A stretch of 64,000 nucleotides of DNA. Origin: Octopus vulgaris. Its lineage: Eukaryota. Below are positions 40,334-53,428 of this stretch, piece by piece (position 1 is the first letter of the stretch; every line of letters starts with the position of its first letter). The notes under the pieces were generated by a model, which was not told where the DNA came from, made no database searches, and saw nothing but the letters and a program-made list of their open reading frames with translations. The stretch lies in NCBI GenBank assembly GCA_951406725.2, contig OX597834.1:12896001-12960000 (forward strand), given 5' to 3'. The position numbers were made by a program, and so were the translations under genes.

Positions 40334-41310
40334 AGGCGGTGAGCTGGCAGCATCGTTAGCACGCCGGGCGAAATGCCTGGCGGTATTTCGTCTGGCGCAA
40401 CGTAGTGAGTTCAAATTCCGCTGAGGTCGACTTTGCCTTTCATCCTTTCGGGGTCGATAAATTAAGTACCAGTTACGCACTGGGGTCGATGTAATCGGCT
40501 TAATACCTATGTCTGTCCTTGTTTGTCCCCTCTGTGTTTAGCCCCTTGTGGGTAATAAAGAAATAGGTATTTCGTCTGCGTTACGTTGTGAGTTCAAATT
40601 CAGCCAAGGTCGATTTTGCCTTTCATCTGTTCGGGGCCGATTAAATAAGTACCAGTTACGAACTGGGGTCGATATAATCGACTTAATTCGTTTGTCTGTC
40701 CTTGTTTGTCCTCTCAGTGTTTAGCCCCTTGTGGGTAATAAAGAAATAGGTATTTCGCCTGCCGTTACGTTGTGAGTTCAAATTCCGCCGAGGTCGACTT
40801 TGCCTTTCATCCTTTCGGAGTCGATTAAATAAGTACCAGTTACGCACTGAGGTCGATATATTATCGATTTAATCTGTTTGTCTGTCCTCGTTTGTTCCCT
40901 CTGTGTTTAGGCCCTTGTGGGTAATAAAGAAATAGGTATTTCGCCTGCCGTTACGTTCTGAGTTCAAATTCCGCCGAGGTCGACTTTGCCTTTCATCCTT
41001 TTGGGGTCGATAAATTAAGTATCAGTTACGCACTGGGGTCGATGTAATCGACTTCATACCTATGTCTCTCCTTGTTTGTCCCCTCTATGTTTAGCCCCTT
41101 GTGGGTAGTAAAGAAATAGGAATCTTTAGCATGCTGGGCAAGATACTTCGCGGCGTTTCGGCCGCTTTCTGAGTTCAAATTCCTCTGAGGTTGATTTGTC
41201 TTTTATACTTTCAGGGTCGATAAAATAAAAATACCAGTTGAGAACTGGGGTAAATATATTCAACGTACCTCTCCCAAAAAGTTTCTAGCTTTGTGCCAAT
41301 ATTTGATATC
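40334..41310 (+). mobile_element. SINE family D expanded into a tandem array: 4 units of about 184 bp plus a diverged fifth
   Basis: One head at 40334. Unit starts GGTATTTCG at about 40382, 40567, 40749 and 40936. Diverged unit from about 41120. Confidence 0.9.
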
Positions 41311-42203
41311 GATATTGACTCTAGAGATTTAAATATTTATCGATGAATAATTAATGATCAATATGACATTCTCCAAATATTTACGTCAAAAAATAACTTT
41401 GGCCTCGGCTAATAATAACACTACGGTCTGTGAGGTCCCTGGGTCACTTTCTGAGGAAACACTTAAAGTATATTCACTAGTTATGATAGAATCATCACGA
41501 TTCTGACAGCATGTATAGTAGTTATAGAACCATTTTTGTAGTATATACTCATTAAGAAACCATCTCGCAATTCAGTCTACTGTTAATTATATACTAAACC
41601 AAATAAAGAAGACTTCAGTATGAAGTGGTGTTGCGTGAATACTTCAATGGAATACTAACAAACAGGTATTTATAATCCGCAATATTGAACAATGAGCACA
41701 GTAGGTGTGATTTTTTCCTCCAGCTGCCACATATATGTTTATGGGAAAAACCTGAACAATGCCGTTCACATGATGTTAAATCATATCCTTCCTACTAACA
41801 CAGTTACGTTTCATTTATTAATATATTTGGAATATGTACCAATTAAAGAGAATTTGAAAAGTCATGAAATACTGGCAAACATAGTTAAGAAGCAACTGGA
41901 CGTCGGATCCGTTATTTTATTGCAAGTTGTTTAGTTTAGAAACAAGGTGTTGCTAATGTAAAGGACCGCTGGTTTTATTTGCTAATAAAGCATTTCATTA
42001 AAAACGACAGATTTATCGCATGTACAACGTTAAATGACAAATGGCCAGTTAAATATATGTCTTCTTATATACAATCATGCATAGATATTACTCACGCTAT
42101 GTATGTATATTATGCATACATAAATATATGGATACACACACACACGCATACACTCGCATATGCATATACATACACATACATATATATACATATATACATA
42201 TAT

Positions 42204-42361
42204 TCGACAGGCTTCTTTCAGTTTCCGTCTACCAAATCCACTCACAAGGCATCGGTTGGCCCGAGACTATAGCAGAAGACACAAGATGCCACGCAGTGGG
42301 ACTGAACCCGGAACCATGTGGTTGGTAAGCAAGCTACTTACCGCACAGCCACTCCTGCGCC
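42204..42361 (-). mobile_element. SINE family A, 5' half
   Basis: Ends in the internal microsatellite. Confidence 0.85.
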
Positions 42362-42464
42362 TATGTATCTAACTATCTACATATATATATATATATATAT
42401 ATGTAGATAGTTAGATAGATAGATACATATATGCACACACACACATAAACACACATACGCACAC

Positions 42465-42537
<73 letters not shown>

Positions 42538-42539
<2 letters not shown>

Positions 42540-43310
42540 GGATGCGTCAGGTATTTGAGTACATAGATTTTTGGGATCATTTCTGCATTATTGCTAACTC
42601 TGTATAATCTTTGTTTCAGAAAATAATTATGCCAGACCCTCCGTTTACTCAAGAATTGAAATGGCATGCTGTTATTTAGGGGTGAAAGGCTTAGCATAGT
42701 GATTTAGAAATATTACGTTTTTTATAAGTTGCTAGATCTTTCGTCTACAAAGTTTGTATGGAGATAGAGACTGAACATGGAAACGTATCATCGGTATAGT
42801 AAGAAATTTTTTTTTAAAAACTGGAAAAATTGCTAGGCTCTGGATAGACAGTATATGGAATGGAAGGTGACATGAGGTTTCAGTAAGACTCTACATTATC
42901 GCATATGGCTCTAGTAACACAGTGGTGGATGGCTGAAAATATTCATGTTCACATAACACCTAACATTTGGCCTCCTAATTCCCCAGATCTCCATCCATTG
43001 GACTATTACACGTGGAGTGTTTTAGAGAGAGAGGTCAATGAACATACCCATAACATAGAAGATCCTTTGAAGTCTGCCATAATCAGAGTAACGTCCGAAA
43101 TGAACCAGGACCACTTGATTCTAGCATGTAGATGATTCACATCTCATATAGAAGGAGTTGAGATTGAAAGTGACTTTATTGAATAACATAATAGAAAAGA
43201 AGATTTATTTTTATCCTCAAAGCAGTTTTTGATAAAAGCATTTATTATCTATTATTATATATCTGCTTTTTGTCTTAGAAACCTAAATCTGTCCTCAAAT
43301 ACGCATCCTT
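42538..43310 (+). mobile_element. Internally deleted Tc1/mariner (DD37D-like) transposon
   Basis: Imperfect TIRs AGGATGCGT..TATTTGAGTACA..GATTT / AAATCTGTCCTCAAATACGCATCCT. Peptide HITPNIWPPNSPDLHPLDYYTWSVLEREVN at 42905-43135. Confidence 0.85.
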
Positions 43311-43312
43311 TA

Positions 43313-43517
43313 TATGTGACCGCATGTGTATCGTTGGCGATGTTTTTTCCTCCGTCTTCCCTTCCTTGGATCTTTCCTTTTTCTATGTTTCTGACGAAGA
43401 GTTCCGCTCGAAACGTTAAGTCCTCCTTCTTTCTTTTCCTGAGCGTCCAATAAAACTATACTTTTTCCACGTCCTCGCGTTGTTGTGTTTTCTCCTTGTG
43501 TTTTCATATTTGGATTA

Positions 43518-43522
<5 letters not shown>
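43313..43522 (+). mobile_element. Penelope-like short element, family G, with hammerhead core
   Basis: CTGACGA-A-GAGT-TCC-GCTC-GAAACGTT at 43391-43417. Homologous to 49755-49941 and 57435-57646. Ends at (TA)n. Confidence 0.65.
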
Positions 43523-43571
<49 letters not shown>

Positions 43572-43576
<5 letters not shown>

Positions 43577-43773
43577 GTAAAATAATATGTGACAATTATT
43601 CAACAGCCAAGATAAAACTCTGAGTTTTAGATGCCGAGGTGGAAATCTACAACACCATCTCTTAGGTCATCTGGCCAACCGAAGAGATGGTGTTGTGGAT
43701 TTCCACCTCGGCATCCGAAACTCAGAGTTTTATCTTGGCTATTGAATAATTGTCACATATTATTTTACAGATA
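43572..43773. repeat. Inverted repeat, arms about 95 bp, loop about 10 nt
   Basis: 43572-43667 is the reverse complement of 43678-43773. The right arm continues to (TA)n at about 43840. Confidence 0.9.
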
Positions 43774-43914
43774 AATTTCCTCTATTTACATAATATTGAG
43801 GTCTCTTTCTTTCTTTTGTTATCTGACCGTTTTTACCAATATATATATACTTATATACGTTTAAATATTTGTTGTGCAAGATTTTTTATGTGAAGTCGTG
43901 TGTTGAAACAGATG

Positions 43915-44092
43915 TTGTTATATTTCAGAATTGTCATATTGCCAGTTTAGCCAGGAGTGTGACGAAAGAACTCTGGCCGAAATAAGATTAATATTAATGT
44001 AAAAAATAAATAACACTGAAACAAAATAACACCAAATATATAGTGCGTGTGTTTTTATTGGCTAAACTGGCAATATGACCATTCCGAAATAT

Positions 44093-44098
<6 letters not shown>
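43915..44098. repeat. Inverted repeat, arms about 40 bp, spacer about 100 bp
   Basis: TTGTTATATTTCAGAATTGTCATATTGCCAGTTTAGCCA vs TGGCTAAACTGGCAATATGACCATTCCGAAATATAACAA; ends at (TA)n. Confidence 0.8.
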
Positions 44099-44135
<37 letters not shown>

Positions 44136-45044
44136 CAGACTGTAGATAAGGGTCTGCAGTACTATTATAATAATATGTAGTAGTCTTTCTACATACCAAA
44201 AATCGTTCTGTTGTTTTACTCTCATGTTTTACTACTCGGAGGTAGGGATTTTGTTCCTGAAAGCACGCTAATCGATATATATATATATAGCAACGTTTTA
44301 CACGCATGTTTCTATCCCCGACAGGAAAACCGAAAAAGATATAAATCTTGCTTAGTAATAAAACGTGCATCTGAGCTTTGAAATATCAAATTTGCATGAA
44401 TGCAATATTTATTTTTAGCATATTGTTCTAACTTTAATAATAATTTCCTGAATGCTGTAAATGAAAATTAATAGAAATGAATCTTATTCTGCTTTTTCTA
44501 CTGCTAAACTTTTAACGTCTGTGTTTTAACATCTACGGTAGTGTTTATTCAATAGTTAATGTAACATACACATGGCCAAATAGCAAAGCATGCTTGCTAT
44601 TTGCTTTTTATATTTATTAAGTTGATCAGTAAACACGTTGATCAGTGGGGAAAAATATAGTAAAGTTTAACGTTACGAACATGATTAATGTTTAGTGTTA
44701 TCAAGAAGGAAAAAGGAAATATAGAATAAAAGAAATCATTTCAAATCTGGAAAACTTCATCAGCTGGAAAATAGCAGTTATGGTTTCTTAGAACATTAGA
44801 TTAGCGCGAGACAAACGCAAAACAAATACATTATTGATATGGTAATTTTACATTTCAACATATTGTATGCATTAGAATTAGCAGATGGGCGACTCCCGAG
44901 GATAGAAAAACTTTCTTTCACATTTTACAATCAGGAAAACAAATAAGTTTCCAAACGTTTATTTTGCTAATGAGTTATCGATATGAAAAACCATAAAGAA
45001 GCACAAAGAAATCGTTCATAAAGATTGGGAATTTAATATTTATA

Positions 45045-45345
<301 letters not shown>

Positions 45346-45696
45346 GGTTATCGATGAATAAAGAAATATGCAAAATACCATAGTGTATATCGGTTGTCAT
45401 ATATTATATAAAATGAATAATAGGATTTCCTAAGTTTGTGAACTTAATCTATTGTATGATGTTACAATACTGAACTGTTAAAACAATTTTTATAACTACT
45501 AAATAACATACTCTGGCCTTAGTTTCGAAACCCGAATGCCATATTTCTCTTGAAACATATACATAATATAGCGCAATAACATCTATACATACGTACATGC
45601 TTTTGTGTGTGTCATTATTTGGCAAGCAGTGCCGAATTTTACAAGTTGTAAATAATAATAATAATAATAATAAAAATAATAAAAATAATAAGAATA

Positions 45697-45905
45697 GACA
45701 AATACATAACAAGAACACCAGGACTTACAAACACATATAACATACAGAAAATTGCAATACTAGGCACTGCACACATCCTACGCAGAACACTTTCCATACA
45801 ATAACCATCAGAGCATCACAACAAATCACAGCACATACCCAAGGCACACAGAGCTGCTGCGCTCGGTAGTGAAGTGAAAGCACGCTATAAAAATAAAACT
45901 ACTGA
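45697..45905 (+). mobile_element. 5'-truncated 3' end of an RLE-type LINE (R4/Dong-like) inside (AAT)n
   Basis: DKYITRTPGLTNTYNIQKIAILGTAHILRRTLSIQ* followed by a 3' UTR, with (AAT)n on both sides. Near-identical to the reverse complement of 63861-64000. Confidence 0.8.
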
Positions 45906-45995
<90 letters not shown>

Positions 45996-45998
<3 letters not shown>

Positions 45999-46401
45999 CA
46001 TGAAAAATACTGGTGGAAACACAGTCTACCTCCGGTGCTTGAAAATGACCACGTCTCATTCCTCTGGATCTTCACCATTCAAACTGACAGAAAGATAGAC
46101 GCAAATAGGCCAGACATCATATTAAAAGACTTCAGACAAAGAAAATGCCTCCTCATTGATATGACTGTTCCAATCGATATGAACGTATTTGTCAAGACAT
46201 ACCAAAAACTGAGCAAGTATAAAGATCTTGTAATAGAAATCAGCAAAATGTGGAACCTGATGACTAAAACAATACCTGCTGTCATATGTGCCCTGGGAAT
46301 GATAGCAAAAGGGGCTGATGGCTATCTAACTCAGATACCCGGAAACCCAAAAATGGCAGAAATTCAAAAGATAGTGCTCATGGGAACTGCTCATATCCTA
46401 C
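45996..46401 (+). pseudogene. Restriction-like endonuclease domain of an R4/Dong-like non-LTR retrotransposon
   Basis: Open frame LWIFTIQTDRKIDANRPDIILKDFRQRKCLLIDMTVP..KLSKYKDL..IPAVICALG..IQKIVLMGTAHIL (PD..D motif, K..KY). Begins directly after (AAT)n. Confidence 0.88.
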
Positions 46402-46594
46402 TGCATGATACAATGGGCAATTATTTTATACTATGTCCTTGGGACGACCAAATCTTCCTGAGTCAATTTGGTAGAAGAAAAATGAAAGGAGCCTACCATA
46501 TATGTATTCATGCATATACAACAGCACCTTGCCCGGTTTGCTAATGAATCTGCAAGCCCGCTCCCTTAGTAATGATAATTATTATTATAACCAT

Positions 46595-46960
46595 GTTTTC
46601 TAGTACAGACACAAGGCGCGAGTATATCACTGTTTAACTGGTACTTATTATTATCGAACCCCTGAGGATAAAAATCAATGTGAACTTCAGCAGAATTTGA
46701 ACTCAGAACGGAAGGTCATCAAGCATTTTGACTGGTGTACTCATGATTCTGCCTGCAAACCGCCTTAATAATAATCATAATTTATCCTGTACGCACAATG
46801 ATTAAAATTTTTGTGTTTTGGGGTAGCTCATGACTTACTTCATTTATCCATCTGAGAGGATGAAGCGCAAAGTCTCCCTCGGCGGAATTTTAACTCAGAA
46901 CGTTAGGGCGCTAAATATTTCGCTCGGCATTCTACCGATTCTCCCAGCTCGCTGCCTTAA
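46595..46960 (-). mobile_element. Two diverged SINE family D copies
   Basis: GAATTT(G/T)AACTCAGAACG twice; heads at about 46765 and about 46958. Confidence 0.65.
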
Positions 46961-46978
46961 ATAATAAAACTAATAATG

Positions 46979-47033
<55 letters not shown>

Positions 47034-49260
47034 CGATGATGACGATGAAGATGACGACTAAAGATGTCAGATGTTTTGTGTGCATATTTGTGTGTTTGTG
47101 TGTAAATATTTGCATGGCTCCTGTGAAAATTTAACACAGCAACAACTGATATTACTTACATATCACTTAGCAACACTCTGATTATTGTTCCTACGTGTTG
47201 CTTGGAAGTTCTGCGTATATAGTGTAGGTATGTATTGCATGGAAAGCAATTCATATTTAAATTTCGAAATGAGAAAAAAAAAAAAACGTCGGTATATTAA
47301 TATCCCGTGTTATACAATTCGACAACATGTGCAGAGTTAAGCTTAGCTGTAAATGACATATCTGAAATGATTAGAAAACACGTGAAGGATTTTATTGTAG
47401 AAACTTTGGACATTTCCATCCATAAATATCATGGGCAAAATTATATATAGATTCCCACAGGTATAATTCTAATTAAGATAATTAAAATGTTTCGGTTTCA
47501 GATATCATAAATGCAATGAGATATATTGAAATAATCTATAACATACAGACTTTTCGAACGAGTGAATGCATTCTTGACATATGACGGAAATATGCCAAAA
47601 ATTCTACTGCATGAAATTAGGTTTTTCTTACCTGTATTCATAAAAGCAATATTTACAATAATTCCTAGAAGAAAAGGGAATAATAACGGTCAGCATACGC
47701 AAACATTCTTACATTAACAGGTAAACATTTAATATACAAATAGCTTCAACATTTGAAAGTGTCAATATTTGATATAATAATCTACGCTGGCGTCATCTTT
47801 TGCCAAAGTAAACTATAGAAGCACTGTTTCTGTTCGTCTACTATAAACCTTTATTATCCAAATATTGTTCAATATGTCGATACACGAGGTTTCATTTCAC
47901 TGCTTTTGCTGTTTTTCTTTTAACACATATCTTTCTATTCTCATATATTGTTTTCGTTTTTATATTGTAATTGTTCAATTTTAACACATATACCCTACAA
48001 ACATACACCAAATTCTTTTTTTCCTTTTTATTGTTGGGCTGTTTTATGATTTATACGTTTTGCTACTTTAGTTCAATAACGAACTTCTTTGTACATTTAG
48101 TAAACTTTTTTTTTCTGTTTTCCATAAATTGATTCCGACTCAGTGTGAATCGTCTTATGTTGTGTGGGCTTTTCATGATAATTACTTGTCTGTGATGGTC
48201 TCTAATTTCCTGTATTTCTGCTATTGTTAAAGCTACGTTGCTTATATAACATTGTTTTCTTTATATATTCGGTTAGCTTTTTGTCTTTGTTTTTTTCTTG
48301 ATTTCTATCGAAGAGTCCTTTGTCTTTCACTTAATGACGCTTTTGTTTTATTTCTACATTGACTGGTAATTTTATTTTCTTTACCAATACTTTTTATGAC
48401 TTCGTTGTTTGCATAATACATATGATTTACGTGGGTGTTATGTATTTTATATTTGCAGTTCAGGAGATATTTTTATATAGCTTAATTTTCTTTGTTACTT
48501 TTATATTTAGAACTGGGGTATTCATGAATGTTATTATAAACACTTGTTTGTTTTTTTTATTTTTCGTTTCAAACTTATTGCAGTTTACGTTCATTTTATT
48601 TCCCCTATTAAATTATATAAATTTCTGGTGAAGCTTTTATATTTTCTATTTATTTAGGCGGTACTCTTTTATTCCCTGTGTGCTGCTACGACCAAACACT
48701 TCAGCTGATAAGCAAGCTTCAATCAATATTACCTCGACATAATCAGATCTTTGATTTGTCTCACCTATTACAATTATAATGAACAGCGTAAATCCTATAT
48801 AAGTATCGACATAAAACATTTTCTTGGGAACTAACTATCGTGCCTTACACTCAGACACTACGTTCGATATTTCAAATTTATCAACATTATTTTTCCATAA
48901 TCTCTGAACTTAGGGATATCCTACTCCCTTTAATATTTTTGTATACAACTCACATTGAATAAATATTATAACATGAATTGCAAAATTCCGTTAAGCACCT
49001 GTGTTCTTATATACTCTCAGGCACAAATCTATTCAAGCCTCAGAATGAATTCAAGCCCGATGTAGAAAATAGCTGTACAGCTCCTTTTGATATTTATTTG
49101 AATATTTATTTACTGATTAAGTTTTAGGAAAATTATTTGATAACATATATTCTTGTATTTTTTTCGTGTATTTGGAAGCATGGTCTCGATTCCTCTTAAT
49201 GTTTCAACTTCTATAATTCTAAATGAAGTATCGAATAAAATTTCCAAACAATTTCCTTTA

Positions 49261-49304
<44 letters not shown>

Positions 49305-49385
49305 CGTACATTTGAACACAGAACGTAAGCTCACTGTGCATGTTGACTAGTGTACTAACGATTCTGTCTGCAAACCGCCTTAATG

Positions 49386-49459
<74 letters not shown>

Positions 49460-49754
49460 GTCATTTCTCCTATAGGCACAAGGATTTAAATTTCTGTGGA
49501 GTGGTGTAGCTCATAACATGACTGCTAGGATAGATTACAATCATGTAGATATTATAGCCGTAGTTCGATTTTTGATGCTACAGCTGGATAAAAAGGTAGC
49601 ACAAAATGAAAACGATATTTCGAATTACGTATTAGTTTTCTCAAACTCCATGCCTACACACGTGTGTATGCCACGCTGCTTTCTGTTGTGATTAATATAC
49701 ATTTGAAATTGCCATGAATATCTACATATCATATGTATATACGTATATGGATGT

Positions 49755-49941
49755 GTGTCACCCATTCCCTTCTCGGTCATTCAATATATGACCGCGTGTG
49801 TAACGTTGGCGATTTTCTTTCTCTGTCTTCTCTTCCATGGACCTTTCTTTTTTCTATGTTTCTGATGAAGAGCTCCGCTCGAAACTTTATATCCTCCTTC
49901 TTTCTATCCTTTCCTTAGCGTCCAATAACACTATACTTGTT
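49755..49941 (+). mobile_element. Penelope-like short element, family G, with canonical hammerhead core
   Basis: CTGATGA-A-GAGC-TCC-GCTC-GAAAC at 49862-49885. Confidence 0.65.
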
Positions 49942-49971
49942 AATACTATACATATACACACAAACACACAG

Positions 49972-50152
49972 TAGGAGTTGATGAAAAATTACAAGCTTCT
50001 TCTAAGTTATAGCGAAAAAGCCTGGTTTGAGGCACATCCTTCAGAGTTCGTTCACAGGTCTCAGAAAAACTGTAAGAACGCTGCACTTAGTGCTTTAATC
50101 TGAAAGTCATTTTTCTAAAAAAGCCCGAAACTTTTTATGCATCGCGTTCGTA
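49972..50152 (+). mobile_element. Diverged mariner-derived MITE
   Basis: Similar to 55452-55672 (AGAAAAA.T..A.GA.CGCTGCA). Confidence 0.45.
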
Positions 50153-51561
50153 TATATGCGTATGTGTATAATATAAATTGCATGCCCTCACACATACATG
50201 CACATATAGTTATTTATTTATACATCAATAAATAAACTAGAAACAAAACTATAAGGAAACGGGAATGAAGAATAATAGGAAATAATGTGAGGTTAGGCGA
50301 AGAATACTCTACAGGCAAGAATAAACTACATTATATTGAACAAAATCCAGAATAAGCACTGATATAGGAAATAATATAAAACAGCAATCCAAACACACGT
50401 TAAAGATATAAGAGAAATGCGTATGTGTGTGTGTGTGTCTCTGTGTCTCATGTACATATAAATCAGTGCTTAAAACACAAGGAACCAATATTAGATATAG
50501 AAAGAATCATTAATAATAATAACTACATAATAGTATTAATAATAAAGCAAAGTAAAATGAACAGGAGACGAAAATGTGTTGAAAGAAAATGCGCCAAATA
50601 AAGAAATACAGAAACCTAATGGAGAGAGGAAAGCGTGTTGGAAGATTTATTACTTAATGCAAATTTTATTTATCGCTCTGAATTGAAGAATAAAAAATAA
50701 TATATGGAAGGAAATTCATCAATAAACATAGTGAAAATTTATCGTATTGTGCAGGAAGTGGTAAAGAAATAATGAGTAAAAACCTCACGATATAATATAA
50801 ATTAACACATTTCTCCTTTACAGTTATCTCGTTGTACTCCATCATGGTTTCATTATTTTATTTGTATTTTTATGTAATTATATATTTATATGTAAAGCTT
50901 GAATTATATAGCTATTTTCGATGTTCTTGTAGAATTGTAATGTATACATATTCTAAAAGAGTAGTTTTGGAGATATTTCTAGAAGTAGCAATAAATGCAT
51001 TTAGGTATACAGTTAGGCTGTTCTTCTCGGGGACTGGATATAACTGGGTTCATTTATCACAGTTAGCTACAAACTTGCGATAATTTAACATCCTGAGAAA
51101 TCAACAGAAATGCATATTATGAAAATGCTCCTCCAATTCAAAGGTGATATCCCAATAAATAACATTTCTCCACAACATCTCGATTCATAAGGAAGCACAC
51201 TTCATTTCAAATGAGTGCTTAATTTTGTCAAGTACTAACGCAATTTAAGGTTTCAATGTTTCGTTATATCCAGTAATAACAGAAAACTATGCACGTACGT
51301 TCTCATACACAAACATAAACGCAAACATAAACACGTATTCACATGCAGACACATAAACGCAAGCGCTATTACGCTTACTTACACACACGCACACGCACAC
51401 ACACACACATATATATGTACATATATATATGCATACACACGCACATAAAATTAAACAAAGATTTTGAAAAAATTTTAGATAAGTACATAATTAGATGGGT
51501 GTAAATTGAACTGGTGCTTGTCTTAACAAGGCAATAGAACAGAATGACTCGCTCCACACAC

Positions 51562-51565
<4 letters not shown>

Positions 51566-51610
<45 letters not shown>

Positions 51611-51633
51611 TATGGACAGATAGAAAGGTAGGT

Positions 51634-51673
<40 letters not shown>

Positions 51674-51785
51674 AGAGAGAGATACATAGATACATACATA
51701 CATGCATACATACATACATACATACATACATACATACATACATACATACATACATACATACATACATACATACATACATACATAG
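51566..51785. repeat. (GATA)n, (TA)n, (CATA)n compound microsatellite
   Basis: Seen directly. Confidence 0.95.
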
Positions 51786-51795
51786 ATTTAAGCAT

Positions 51796-52098
51796 TCGTA
51801 TATATGTATATAAAGGAAGTAGAAAGTTACATTTTATTCAACGCAAAGACACTGAACAGTCGAGAATCAGAAACACAAACCGCAAACTGTCTAGGGGACG
51901 CAACTCCACCTTTTTTAACTAAAAAAAAAATTACCATCATTTTTTTCCATCTTTTTGCTATTTTTTGGCTATAACTCTCTAAAAATGCTTTATAGTTATT
52001 TCCCTTACAAACCCGAGCAACGCCGGGCGATACTGCTAGTATGTATATAAAGGAAGTAGAAAGTTACATTTTATTCAACGCAAAGACACTGAACAGTA
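51796..52098 (+). mobile_element. Non-autonomous Helitron followed by a duplicated 5' segment
   Basis: 3' hairpin CCCGAGCAACGCCGGG, then CTAG|T at 52036-52040. About 58 bp of the 5' end (51803-51860) recurs identically at 52040-52098. Confidence 0.75.
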
Positions 52099-52195
52099 TA
52101 TATACAAAGAATAATATGTTTTTTTAATATTTTTATCAAAAGCAGAACTCAGCAGAACTGACTGCCGACAAATCTTTCTGCTTTGTTTTATCCTT

Positions 52196-52278
<83 letters not shown>

Positions 52279-52352
52279 GTGTGTTTGTGTATACACATAT
52301 CTATTTATATATATATATATATGTATATATATACACATATATCTGTTCATAT

Positions 52353-52383
<31 letters not shown>

Positions 52384-53039
52384 TATATACGCTTATGTTT
52401 TATATATATATTCATCCACATCGTATCTTTTAATACTAACCCCTAAACAATAACCATAGCAATTATTCTTGACGTCACATTTTACCTCGCATCAGTTATC
52501 CTTAACTGCTTTCATTTGTCTGTGAATTACTCGTTTGACAACCCCACCCCCAGCTTCTCCTATTTTGAAATGATGGATGAAATGACAAGAATTATTCTTC
52601 GGCTAGCTCTTAACTTTATCTTCTCCATATCTGGTATTTTTCAAACAGTTTCAACATTTGTTGTTTCCCTCTTCACCATCTCTCTCCTATTTTGATGTAC
52701 AATCCACCCCCTTTGTACCCTGACTCACTACGTCATTCAGTGCACTTTAAAGCTTTATTTTTGTAAATATTGCTAGAGTATACGCATTTTCCACTTCTCT
52801 CTCGAGAAAGAATTTGCATGTTACAGAAAACATACTTATTTTATCATGGATACATTGCATGTGGATAACACTATTACGCAAAACATGGACGGCCTGAAAC
52901 AGCTGCCGTGATCAAACTTTCAATATTTCTGACACATATACTTCTTTCAATTTCTGTATCGTGAAATCTCTATTGTTTCCGACGATGTAAATAGTAGACT
53001 GAAATCTACCTCTGGTCATCGACCTTACAACCAACTACT

Positions 53040-53428
<389 letters not shown>

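Noticed and set aside
40334-41310. Possible CRISPR or tRNA gene array
   Set aside because: Whole units of about 184 bp repeat with no unique spacers; the same unit is dispersed elsewhere as a SINE.
46035-46544. 169-aa ORF as a host gene
   Set aside because: It is the endonuclease tail of a truncated LINE, and the last 45 or so codons run into unrelated flank.
48359-48631. Hydrophobic 90-aa ORF resembling a membrane protein
   Set aside because: Explained by T-rich composition; non-ATG start and no splice support.
50805-50880. Strong splice acceptor (catttctcctttacag)
   Set aside because: No convincing donor or coding-like sequence follows.
52860-52915. GAAACAGCTG hammerhead-like 3' half (also GGAAACGTC at about 20212)
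   Set aside because: No recognisable CUGANGA core or stem II upstream; too decayed to call.
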